Below are positions 41,547-50,963 of a stretch of DNA of 64,000 bases, in pieces. A program made the position numbers and the translations under genes. The notes below the pieces were generated by a model. The model was not told where the DNA came from, did not search any database, and saw only the letters and a list, made by a program, of their open reading frames with translations. Source of the DNA: Candidatus Krumholzibacteriia bacterium (GTDB taxonomy: Bacteria > Krumholzibacteriota > Krumholzibacteriia > LZORAL124-64-63); NCBI GenBank assembly GCA_046484865.1, contig JAWOID010000018.1, forward strand, positions 77,631 to 141,630, read 5' to 3'. Every line of letters begins with the position of its first letter. The stretch's first letter is position 1.

Positions 41547-44500
41547 TCACCGCTCCACGGCGAGCGTCATCACCTCGATCTGCCGCTCTCCGGCGCCGTC
41601 GTGGATCAGCCGGCCCACGTAGAGGCCCGATACCAGCCCCGGCACCGGCACCTGGAGTTCGTTCATCTGGCCGGCCTCGGGCGAGTGCACGCGCCGCACG
41701 ATCTCCTCTCCCTCCACGCTGTAGAGCGTGAAGGTCGCCTCCGCGCCGCCGGCGCTGTAGAAGCGCACCACCACGGATTCCTCGCCGTGCAGCGGGTTGG
41801 GGTAGAGGATCGGATCGCCCGCGGCGACCTGCAACGGCGACTCGGCGCCCAGGTGCAGCGGTCTGCCGACCGGCCCCGAGCGCCCGAATCCGCCGCCGGC
41901 TGCCAGCCACTCGCTGCTGGTGCCGCCGGCGGCCACGCCCCCGGCCACGGCGTAGCCGACCAGCCGCCCGTTGTTGAATTGCCGTCCCAGCGGCGGACCC
42001 GCGTAGCCGCCCGCGTCCAGGAGCCACAGCACACGCTGCGGATGCGGATCGGTGGCCTCGCGCAACGTCGTCCACGGCCCCACGGCCATGCCCGTCTCGC
42101 CCCGGTCACCCCACAGGAACGGCGTCTGGTCGATGAGCGCGCCGCCGCGGTCCAGACCGACGAGATGTCCCCCGGAGGTCGTGAAGTAGACCTCCGCGGC
42201 GCGGTCGCCGTCGGCATCGAAGACGACGGCCGGACCGGTGACGCGGGTGCTGTCCGCGAGCGGGAACAGACCGTCGAGCCGTACCGGGAAACCGGTCACC
42301 GGCACCCCGTCAGCCTGGCAGGCGTGGACGCGTCCGGCCGTGAGGAAGACGACATCGTTGCGGCCGTTGCCGTCCAGGTCGGCCACCGCCGGCTCGCTCA
42401 CCAGCGGTTCGCCGGGAGCGCCCCGCCAGGCGGTGCGTCCGGAGACGTCGCCCTCGCGGAGGTCCCAGGCGTCGACTTCGCCGCCGCGGAACACCAGCAG
42501 GCGGGCGCCGTCGTCGCCGGAGAGCAGCGCGGTCCGGACCGACTGCCCGGTCGGGACGGCGGTCCCGTAGGGGTGGAACGTGGGGTCTGGCATCAGGCCC
42601 GACCCGTCCGCCGTCACCTGGAACCAGCCGTCCTCGGTCACGACCGCCCAGGCCGGGCGGGGCGCGCCGGCGATCGGTCGCACCGTTCCGGTCAGTCGCT
42701 GCGCCGCCGCGAGGGCGAGCGGCGAGCCCAGTTCGGTCCCGTCGCTGGTCAGCAGGCGCAGTTCACCCGCGGCTGCGGGCAGCAGCAGCAGGTCGCCGGC
42801 GGGCGAGGGCCCCTGCGCGAGCGTATCGCCGAGGGCGACCGTCCAGGCCCAGGTCGGCGCCGTACCGCCGGTGATCGGCGGCAGCGCCGCCAGGTCGCCG
42901 GTCACCGACGCGAAGATCACCAGCGACGTGTCCTCCAGCAGGACCGGCGGTCCCGCCAGCGGCCCGGCCAGCCGGGCGATGCCGCCCGGCGGCAATCCAG
43001 CCGCCGGTGGCAACGCGGGCTGCCCGTCGGTCCGCAGGGCGAAGACCACGGGCTGCCACCGGTCGCCGCTCCAGCCCACCGGTGCCCGATCCACGAGGCC
43101 GAGCAGCGGTTCGCCGGCGGTGGGCAGGCTCACCAGCGAGCGTGGTTCGAGGCCGCGCGGGCCTGGCTCGTCCCCGAGCAAACCGGCCTCGGCTTCGCTA
43201 ATCGGCGGCAGCGTGAACGGGAATCCCTCCACCAGAGGGTCGACGAAGCCGTCGAAGAGCATCAGCCCGTGGAACCCCCCGGTCGGACTGCTCGACAGCG
43301 GGCGCACGTCCCTCAGCCCGAATCCGGTCCAGCTCCGGTCCCAGGCCCGGCTGCTCGGCAGCCCCGACACGCCGAGGGACTGGAAGCCATTGGAGGCCAC
43401 CACCGGCTGTCCGTCCTCGTCCAGGACCACGGTATAGCCGCCGAACGGATCGTACGCCGAGCCGAGCCAGCCCAGGACGTACGCATCGAGCACTCCCATG
43501 TCGGAGATGCCGTCGGCCTCCACCAGCCGCAGACCGTCTCCGTGGAAGTTCACCGTGTTGTCCTGCAGGCCCGCCTCGATGCGATCACGGTTCACGTGCC
43601 AGACCAGCAGCCCGCCCGCGGGCATGAAGTAATCGTACAGACCGCTGTTGACGTCCTGCCCCTGAGCGGTCGAACCGCCCAGGTAGAGGATCACCCCGGT
43701 CTCCGGGTCGCTCTGGAAGAAGAGCTCGTCGAAGGCTGTCTCGCGCGGGCCGGTGGGCACCCACCGGTTCTCCAGGAGGAAGTACTCGCGCGGCGAGGCG
43801 CCGGCGCGCAGCACCTGCGGGTCGCGCAGGTCGAACTGCGGATAGCTGCGGTAGTCCACCGCCCAGCTCCCGCCCGGACCATCGCCCCGCGGCACCTGGA
43901 TGGCGGGCAACTCGTAGCTGCGCGGCGGCCCGGTGACCTCGCCCGTCTCCACCCAGCCCAGGAACCACTTGTTCCAGGCGCCGAGCGAAGGTGGCAGGAC
44001 GCCGATCACCGGCGTGTGCACCAGCGCCAGGCTGTCCGGTGCCACCTCGGTGACCGTGGTGATCGCGGCCCACAGGTTGGTGCCCGAGTCCATCAGATCC
44101 CAGTACCCCACCTGGGGCAGGCCGGTGTTCGTCGAGTAGACGTCCGCCAGCCCGAGCGCATGTCCGAACTCGTGGTACAGCGCCGCGGCGATGCTCCCCT
44201 GCCACCCGTCCTGGCTCGTGGTCTCGGGGATCACAGAGCACTCCGACAGCTCGCCGCTCTCGCCCGTCTCGCGGTCCGTGGAAAGCAGCGCCGCCGGCTC
44301 GCCGAGCGTGACGAAGAAGGTGGGCACGTCGTTCGGGGAATCCATGGCGATGTCGCTCTGCCAGTCGCTGCCGCTGTGCACGAAGATCACGTAGGCGAAC
44401 GGATCGTCGTCGTCGAAGTCGGCCAGGGTGGTACCATCGCCGAACGGATCGTCCGCGGCGATGCCGTCGTCGGCCGCCCGGATCATGTCCCGCACGAAAA

Positions 44501-45284
44501 GCTCCAGCCCGTCGAGTGACCAGAAGCCGGAATCGCCGGGGCCGTAATCGTCCGGGTCGCCCACCAGGTAGGCGCCCTGGTCGCCGGTCGGCAAGACCGT
44601 GGACTGGATGTACAGACGACCGCCGCTCTGGAACCGATAGTACTCCGCCAGCCCGTGCAGGTGAGATTCGAAGTAGGCGCGATCGTGCGGCGGCGGGTCG
44701 GCGACGAAGCTGCCGTCGCCGGGAGGCGGCAGTTCCTCGAGCATGAAGCCCCCGTCGGCGGGCACCGTCGTGAGGTCGGGCCGCCGGTTGGTGGCATACG
44801 CGATGCGCACCAGGATGACCCGTAGCGTATCGACACCGGTCACGGCCTGCGCCAGGGGCAGCGCCTTGCTGCCGTCCTCGCTCATCACCAGGGCCGGTCC
44901 GAGGCCGCGCCGCCGCAACAGCTCGTGGCTCTTGCGCGAGTACTGGCGATTGCCGAGCAGCTCGTGGACCGCCTGCCAGCGTTCGCCGGTCACGCGCTGG
45001 CGAATCCGCTCTTTCTCGATGACGCGGCGCCCCTCGGCGGTGCGCTGCAACTCCCCCGCCGTGACTCTCCGCGCCGGTATGCGCTCCGGATGCCGCTTCA
45101 CGCGGTCCTCGGCGGCGGCCCCGGACGCGAGCAGCAGCGAGAACAGCAGCAGAACCCCGCCCGCCGCGGCGAAGCACCTGATGACGGCCGGCCGCGTGCC
45201 CGCGAGAGCGCACGTTCGCGATCCGGCGACCGCGAGCGGCCGCCGCCGCCATCGGCCGGCAGGCGTGTTCGTGTCGAGATGCAA
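41547..45284 (-). CDS. M6-like zinc metalloprotease with FG-GAP repeats and T9SS-type C-terminal domain
   Basis: HEFGHALGLADVY..YWDLMDSG, EYFLLENR, GLLVWHV; ADLDGNG and DADGD repeats; LYPNP..LYSVEGE..SGLY CTD. TTG start with GGAGG. Confidence 0.8.
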   Translation of the reverse strand: MHLDTNTPAGRWRRRPLAVAGSRTCALAGTRPAVIRCFAAAGGVLLLFSLLLASGAAAEDRVKRHPERIPARRVTAGELQRTAEGRRVIEKERIRQRVTGERWQAVHELLGNRQYSRKSHELLRRRGLGPALVMSEDGSKALPLAQAVTGVDTLRVILVRIAYATNRRPDLTTVPADGGFMLEELPPPGDGSFVADPPPHDRAYFESHLHGLAEYYRFQSGGRLYIQSTVLPTGDQGAYLVGDPDDYGPGDSGFWSLDGLELFVRDMIRAADDGIAADDPFGDGTTLADFDDDDPFAYVIFVHSGSDWQSDIAMDSPNDVPTFFVTLGEPAALLSTDRETGESGELSECSVIPETTSQDGWQGSIAAALYHEFGHALGLADVYSTNTGLPQVGYWDLMDSGTNLWAAITTVTEVAPDSLALVHTPVIGVLPPSLGAWNKWFLGWVETGEVTGPPRSYELPAIQVPRGDGPGGSWAVDYRSYPQFDLRDPQVLRAGASPREYFLLENRWVPTGPRETAFDELFFQSDPETGVILYLGGSTAQGQDVNSGLYDYFMPAGGLLVWHVNRDRIEAGLQDNTVNFHGDGLRLVEADGISDMGVLDAYVLGWLGSAYDPFGGYTVVLDEDGQPVVASNGFQSLGVSGLPSSRAWDRSWTGFGLRDVRPLSSSPTGGFHGLMLFDGFVDPLVEGFPFTLPPISEAEAGLLGDEPGPRGLEPRSLVSLPTAGEPLLGLVDRAPVGWSGDRWQPVVFALRTDGQPALPPAAGLPPGGIARLAGPLAGPPVLLEDTSLVIFASVTGDLAALPPITGGTAPTWAWTVALGDTLAQGPSPAGDLLLLPAAAGELRLLTSDGTELGSPLALAAAQRLTGTVRPIAGAPRPAWAVVTEDGWFQVTADGSGLMPDPTFHPYGTAVPTGQSVRTALLSGDDGARLLVFRGGEVDAWDLREGDVSGRTAWRGAPGEPLVSEPAVADLDGNGRNDVVFLTAGRVHACQADGVPVTGFPVRLDGLFPLADSTRVTGPAVVFDADGDRAAEVYFTTSGGHLVGLDRGGALIDQTPFLWGDRGETGMAVGPWTTLREATDPHPQRVLWLLDAGGYAGPPLGRQFNNGRLVGYAVAGGVAAGGTSSEWLAAGGGFGRSGPVGRPLHLGAESPLQVAAGDPILYPNPLHGEESVVVRFYSAGGAEATFTLYSVEGEEIVRRVHSPEAGQMNELQVPVPGLVSGLYVGRLIHDGAGERQIEVMTLAVER

Positions 45285-45375
45285 GTTGCCTCCGGTGCCG
45301 TCCTCCCGGCGAAGCCGCCGGGAGGACGCAGCAAGCTGATGATGCCGTCGCGGCGGCGTCCGCCGGGCGGTCCGG

Positions 45376-46404
45376 CTAGAAGCGGTAACCGAGCGAGAAC
45401 CGGTTCACCCGGTCCAGACCTTCGGCCTGCGGCACCGACGCATAGTCGAAGTTGATGGCCTGCCCGGTCCAGCGATCGAGGTCGATGCCGAAGCCGTAGG
45501 TCGTGTCCTGGATGTCGCCGTAGGTGGCACTGGTGTAGCCGAACCGGATGAAGAGCGACTGGACGTAGTTCCACTCCAGACCCAGACCCCACTCCTCCTG
45601 GTCCATCTCCAGGCCCAGACCATAGCTGTCGGCACCCTCGTCGAAGTCGTAGAGCGGCACCTGGAAGTCGGCCACCGTCAGCAGGCCCATCGCCTCGGTG
45701 GCGAACACGCTGTAGGCGGCGCCCACGTGCAGCTTGCGCGGCATGGGATCGCTCTGGTCGGAGTCCACGTGCGTGATGTCGGGACCCAGGTTGGCCACCA
45801 TCGCTCCCAGGTTCGCGCGCAGGAAAGGCAACTTCCAGAGCACGCCGAGATCCACGCCGAACGAGTCGCCGGAGCCGCCCGTACGGTCGCGCAGCGAGCG
45901 GTCGTCGGCCAGCTTGTCGCGGAAGTACTTCACGCCCAGGCCGATGCCGAGGTTCGGCGACAGGCGCAGACCGTACGCGGCGCCCACCGCGAACATGTTG
46001 GACGAGAAGGTGCCGATCTCCGCTCCCGAGTCATCGGTGGCGATCTGCTCCCCCATGTCCAGGTAGTTGATGTAGAAACCCACCGACCCGCTGGAGCCCA
46101 GGCCGCCGGCGAACCCCGCCCAGTACAGCGCGATGTCGTCCGCGAGGCCCTCGGCCAGCGGTGTCTGCATGATCTGGAGGTCCCGCGATTCGGGCCGGGC
46201 CGATGCGAAGGCGAGGCCACCCGGGTTCCACCACGAGGCCGTGGCGTCCTGGGCGAGTGCGACGCCGGCCTCCCCCATGGCGTTGTACCTCGCACCGATG
46301 GGGAAGGTCAAGTTGATGGCTCCCGCGCCGGAGCCTGCCAGGGCAGCGCTGCTCGTCAGGATGCCGACCAGCCCCAGCAGGGCTGCCAGTCTGTTCCGCT
46401 TCAT
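45376..46404 (-). CDS. porV: T9SS shuttle barrel PorV (PorV/PorQ family)
   Basis: GARYNAMGEAGVA..DATASWWNPGGLA, LADDI, GDSFGVDLG, ANLGP, NRFSLGYRF; directly after porU. Confidence 0.85.
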   Translation of the reverse strand: MKRNRLAALLGLVGILTSSAALAGSGAGAINLTFPIGARYNAMGEAGVALAQDATASWWNPGGLAFASARPESRDLQIMQTPLAEGLADDIALYWAGFAGGLGSSGSVGFYINYLDMGEQIATDDSGAEIGTFSSNMFAVGAAYGLRLSPNLGIGLGVKYFRDKLADDRSLRDRTGGSGDSFGVDLGVLWKLPFLRANLGAMVANLGPDITHVDSDQSDPMPRKLHVGAAYSVFATEAMGLLTVADFQVPLYDFDEGADSYGLGLEMDQEEWGLGLEWNYVQSLFIRFGYTSATYGDIQDTTYGFGIDLDRWTGQAINFDYASVPQAEGLDRVNRFSLGYRF

Positions 46405-46476
46405 CGCTCTCCTACCTTCGAAATGGCCCCGGGGCCTTGCCTGGGCGGCCGCGCCGCCCGTTCGCGAAAGAAAAGG

Positions 46477-49400
46477 TCAACGCATGATGACGATCTGACC
46501 CGTCTGGCGAATGTCCTCCCCGCCCCCGCCGGCCCCGAGGCCGCGCAGCACGAAGAGGTAGACGCCGTTGGCGATCGCATCACCCGCGTGATCTCGTCCG
46601 TCCCACTCGATGACCTGCGGACCCGCTGCATAGCTGTCGCGCAGGCTCCGCACCGGGCGACCCGACACGGTGTAGATGTCCCAGCTCACGTCCATCGCGT
46701 CGCTCAGTTCGAACACCAGCCGGCACGGCCCCGGCGTGGGGTTGGGGAACAGGGAGGTGCCGGCGATGCCGGAGATGCCTCCCAGCACCATCGTGAAGCT
46801 CACCGTGTCCGCTCCCACGTTGCCCAGGATGTCGGTGGCGTAGACCGCCGCCGAGTGGGGGCCCGGTTCCAGATCCGCCGGCAACGGGATGTCCAGTCGG
46901 CCCCGGGCGTAGCTGCCCGGCTCGAAGATGAAGGCGTCCGACACGTTCGTCATGAAGCCGGTGCCGTCGAACTCCAGCAGCACGCTGTTGCCGGGGTTCG
47001 AGCCGAGGATCGCGACGCCGCTGGTGTCCTCGACCGCCGCCGACAGCATGCTGCCCGGGCGCACTCGCACCCGGTTGTTCTCCAGCGACAGTTGCACGGA
47101 TGGTCCCACGACGTCGTCGCTGACCGGCGCCGTGCCCCGCACGACCGGCAGGTACGCCGCCGCCGCACGCTCGCCGTCGGGCGTGCGGACGATGACCCGC
47201 ACCCGGCCCCGCTCGCCCGTGCGCAGCTGCAGGGGCGCCTTGAAGACGATGCTCAGCTCGTCGTTCTCCGCGGGCCCCGTGCCGCGGAACAGGGTTCGTC
47301 CCATCCGCCAGGTGAAGTGCGTCGGCTCCCGCGGCGGCGCCGGGTAGTACCAGAACGCCTCCTGCGCATCGTCCACTTTCAGGTCGTAAGTCACCTCCGC
47401 CCCGGGAGCGACCCCCAGAGCGGCCAGGTCCAGGCGGACGGCGTGGGCATGCCCGGCGCGCACGGTGTCCACGCTGGCGGCGGCGAAGGCGAGGTCGTCG
47501 CGCGGATGCGGCAGCGCCAGCCCGGGGTCTCCGAGCAAATTGTACCGCTGGGAGTTCTTGCGGTCGTACGGAAAGACCGCCGCCTTGGCCAGGCGCAGCA
47601 CCTCGCCGAGCGGCCGGTCGCGACCCGTGGCGCGTCCGGGGAAGAGATTCGCGAAGAAGTGATTCGAGAGCGTGTTGTTCGCGTTGATGAAGCTCACCTG
47701 GCTGGCCGTGATGGCGCCGATGCTGCCGCCCCGGCTCTGCAGGACCATCGTCTCGCCCATGCTCTGACGCCGCGGATCGTCGAACTCCCCCACCTCGCAG
47801 CTGAAGGCGACGAAGACGTACGTGCGTTCTCCGTTCGCGAGGCCGGCGGCGTCCTCGGGGGTGAAGACCCGCTCGTCGGCGAGCACCCGGTTCGATCCGT
47901 GTCCCACGTAGTAGAAGAGCGTCGTCCCGTCGTTGAGATGGTGGAGCAGATCGGTGCGCGCTCCCGGCTTGTAGAGGCGGTCGCCCGGCGGGAAGGCGTA
48001 GTCGGCCATGAAGACCTTCTCCATGTCGATGCTCGCCGGAACGTAGTCGTTGGCCAGCATCTCCGCCTGCAGGGTGTGGAAGACCTCGCCGGGCAGGTTG
48101 TCCACGCCTCCCTTGTGCAGGTCGTCTGCCACGAACACCACGTTGTTGCGCCAGTTCCCCTCGGGCAGATCCTGAACGTAGTCGCGGATCCGTCTCACGA
48201 AGGTGCGCGCCGCATCCGGCGAGCGCACCGGCAGCCGCCCGCTGGCCAGGTCGGGCACATCCAGGTACGTGTCCGGCGCATCGAACGAGACCGCCTGGTC
48301 GTCGGTGGCGTAGGGCGACGCTGCCGAGTTCGCGTACGGCAGGTTCGCCGGGAAGGCGGTGCGGATCCCGGTCGGCACGAAGTCGTAGACATCGACGGCG
48401 GGGTCGTGGTCCAGGTCGTTACGGTAGTCGCGGCTGCCGTCGCCGAGGAAGCAGACGAATCGCAGCGGGTGGGGTCCACCGAAGCTCCGCTCGTACAACC
48501 ACTGCAGGAAGTCGCGCACCGCGTGGAGGTCCTTCTGGCCGCCGCTGAACTGGTCGTAGATGTCCTGGACCGACACGGCGACCGCCACCGGATCGACGAT
48601 GCCCGGCAGCGTCTGCGAGCGCAGCGCGGCGAGATCGGCCGCCGCGTCGCCGAAGCTCGGGTGGTGGACCACGACATAATCCGCGTCCGGCACGCTCGAG
48701 CGCAGCGGCACCGGCTGCACGCGTTCCCCGCGTCGCACGTTCCGCACGTCGGCGTCGGCGAAGACCAGGAAATGGCTCGAGGTTCCCGGACCCCGTGGCA
48801 CCGCGGCCTGCGACCGGTCGGGCTGAGCCGCCTGAGTGTGAGCCACCGCCACCACCGAGTCCGGTCGCGAGACGTCCCACCAGGTCACCGGGGACGGGCC
48901 GGGGAGCTGCACGTCGAACCGCACCACCTCGTCTGCGATGACCTCGTCCGCCCAGTGGGTGAACTCGAGGGCCGTCGCCGACGGCTTCGTCAGGTAGGCC
49001 GGATAGGCGATGTCGATGCAGTCCAGGCCGATGAAGTGCTTCACCGTGATGTTCTCGTCGACCTGCGCCGCGGTGGTGTTGCGCAGTGTGAACACGTTGT
49101 TGCCGGGTGCCAGCGTGGTCGTCGTGCCGACGATGCGCACCCGCGTGCTGTCGGCGTTGTACCGCCACGACGTCGTCGCCAGATTCGCGTCCCAGTTGAA
49201 CCAGGCCTCGGCCTGGTAGATGTAGGTCTGATCGCGCGGCGGAATGATGCTGGCGCGGTCCCGGGTGATGCCCTGGATGTCCACGCTGAAGCGGGCCTCG
49301 GCGTCTGGCACCGGATCGGCCAGGCTGAACGACACGGAGCGCGAGTACTCCACCGAGTTCTCCCACAGCCAGTTATCGGCCACCCAGCCGTACTCGTCGT

Positions 49401-50688
49401 GGTTCGACTCCTCCAGGTGGAGCCGCGCCCGGTGCTGCGTCACGGTGCGGTCGGCGGCGGGTGCCGGCGCCGCGGCCGCCATCCGGCGCGGCGAACCGGA
49501 GAACGGCGAGGGTACGTCGAACCCTTCCCAGGTGAGCCAGTAGACCGCCCGGGCGGCATACGGGTGCTCGTAGTGATCGAGGCGGGTCGCAGCCGGGTCG
49601 AAGCGGTCGAGCCAGGTGATGGTGTGCACGCCGTAGAAGCGCAACCGGTCGGTCAGGTTCCATTCGCCGTCGTCGTCGCCGAGCAACTCCACGGCCACCT
49701 CGTTGAGGCCCAGCCGCCTGGCTTGCAGGCTGTCCGGATGTTCCGGCGACGGGTGGATGGCCAGCTCGCCGCCGCGGAAGAGGCGCAACTTCGCCGGATC
49801 CAGCGTCTCGAGCGCCACCCCGTACATCGCGAGATCGTTGCCGTCCAGCTCGTAGCAGCCGGTTGCGTCGAGTTCCAGGCGTACCCAGTTGCGAGTGAGC
49901 GCGAACGGGTCCGGCGCGCCGTCGTCGTCCTGCTTGCGGCGATCCGTCGCCGCCGCGCGCGCGCCGGCCGTCAGCAGCCGATGCACCGCCGGGTTGACGA
50001 GGCCGGCCGGCAAGAACTCCTCGCCGCGCCCCCTCTTCTCGAGCCCGGTCTCGCCCTCCACGCGCGCCCGGTCGAGCAGCGACGCCTCGCGACCCGCCGG
50101 AGCGTGCTCGATGACGATCTCCGCCATCGCGACCACGCCGTCACCGAAGGCACGCGCTCCCAGGCCGCGTCCGTCGCGTCCTCCCCGGACGATCTCGGCG
50201 TTCAGGCGCACGCTCACCAGCGGCACCTCGCGCGACAGCCGCGGCGGTATGAACTCCAGCAGTTCCTGGGTGTCGAAGGTTTCGACCGGTTCGCGATGCC
50301 AGGTGAGGGTGCGCACGCGGGCGGTCACGTCCCGGCGGGTGGGGACGGCCACCGTGAATTCGGCGCCGCGCGGCAACAACCGCTCGCCCTCGTCCGTGAG
50401 CAGGCGCTCGGCGGGCGTCCACCACCGGATCGCCTCCGGAAGCAGTGCTTCCCAGGCGACCGGCACCCGGGTCGCGGGAAACCGTACCCTCACCACCGTC
50501 CCACCGGGCCGGCTCTCCAGCAGTTCGATCTGCGGCTGCGCCAGGACAGCGCCCACGTCGCCGGCGAGCCGGGCCGGAGCCGACCGCACCGGTCCCGCCG
50601 GTTCCTGCGCTCGGACCTGCTGGGGGCCGAGCGCCGCCAGGCCGATCGAGCAGAGCACGAGGACTCCCATGGACCAGTTACGCTTCAT
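46477..50688 (-). CDS. porU: T9SS sortase PorU (C25 gingipain-like)
   Basis: IYDQFSGG, LGDGSRDYR, GRLPVRS, VADD, catalytic YVGHGS and AFSCEVG, LLGDP, C-terminal FPNP..WDGRD..NGVY domain. ATG 50688 begins the signal peptide. Confidence 0.88.
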   Translation of the reverse strand: MKRNWSMGVLVLCSIGLAALGPQQVRAQEPAGPVRSAPARLAGDVGAVLAQPQIELLESRPGGTVVRVRFPATRVPVAWEALLPEAIRWWTPAERLLTDEGERLLPRGAEFTVAVPTRRDVTARVRTLTWHREPVETFDTQELLEFIPPRLSREVPLVSVRLNAEIVRGGRDGRGLGARAFGDGVVAMAEIVIEHAPAGREASLLDRARVEGETGLEKRGRGEEFLPAGLVNPAVHRLLTAGARAAATDRRKQDDDGAPDPFALTRNWVRLELDATGCYELDGNDLAMYGVALETLDPAKLRLFRGGELAIHPSPEHPDSLQARRLGLNEVAVELLGDDDGEWNLTDRLRFYGVHTITWLDRFDPAATRLDHYEHPYAARAVYWLTWEGFDVPSPFSGSPRRMAAAAPAPAADRTVTQHRARLHLEESNHDEYGWVADNWLWENSVEYSRSVSFSLADPVPDAEARFSVDIQGITRDRASIIPPRDQTYIYQAEAWFNWDANLATTSWRYNADSTRVRIVGTTTTLAPGNNVFTLRNTTAAQVDENITVKHFIGLDCIDIAYPAYLTKPSATALEFTHWADEVIADEVVRFDVQLPGPSPVTWWDVSRPDSVVAVAHTQAAQPDRSQAAVPRGPGTSSHFLVFADADVRNVRRGERVQPVPLRSSVPDADYVVVHHPSFGDAAADLAALRSQTLPGIVDPVAVAVSVQDIYDQFSGGQKDLHAVRDFLQWLYERSFGGPHPLRFVCFLGDGSRDYRNDLDHDPAVDVYDFVPTGIRTAFPANLPYANSAASPYATDDQAVSFDAPDTYLDVPDLASGRLPVRSPDAARTFVRRIRDYVQDLPEGNWRNNVVFVADDLHKGGVDNLPGEVFHTLQAEMLANDYVPASIDMEKVFMADYAFPPGDRLYKPGARTDLLHHLNDGTTLFYYVGHGSNRVLADERVFTPEDAAGLANGERTYVFVAFSCEVGEFDDPRRQSMGETMVLQSRGGSIGAITASQVSFINANNTLSNHFFANLFPGRATGRDRPLGEVLRLAKAAVFPYDRKNSQRYNLLGDPGLALPHPRDDLAFAAASVDTVRAGHAHAVRLDLAALGVAPGAEVTYDLKVDDAQEAFWYYPAPPREPTHFTWRMGRTLFRGTGPAENDELSIVFKAPLQLRTGERGRVRVIVRTPDGERAAAAYLPVVRGTAPVSDDVVGPSVQLSLENNRVRVRPGSMLSAAVEDTSGVAILGSNPGNSVLLEFDGTGFMTNVSDAFIFEPGSYARGRLDIPLPADLEPGPHSAAVYATDILGNVGADTVSFTMVLGGISGIAGTSLFPNPTPGPCRLVFELSDAMDVSWDIYTVSGRPVRSLRDSYAAGPQVIEWDGRDHAGDAIANGVYLFVLRGLGAGGGGEDIRQTGQIVIMR

Positions 50689-50905
50689 CTTCCCCAGCTT
50701 CTCGAAGAGGTTGCCGCGGCCATCGGGTCCGTCGCGATCATTCCGGCGATACACGCATTCCTGCGATACATGCCGCGTGAGCCGTCGCTGCCGGCCAGAC
50801 ATGATATGGCCCGGTGGGATGGAAGAAAACAGAACAATCCGTTTCGCCTCGGCCGGACGGCCGGAGAGGACGCGAAATCGGATCCTTGCAGTGGTTGGCT
50901 CGAAG

Positions 50906-50934
50906 AGCATACAGGACGCGGGCTCTCTTGTCAA
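50906..50934 (-). promoter_or_regulatory. sigma70-type promoter upstream of porU
   Basis: TTGACA-N17-TATGCT in the accA-porU intergenic region. Confidence 0.75.
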
Positions 50935-50963
50935 CGGCTTCGATGCGAGCCGTGCCGTTGCAC

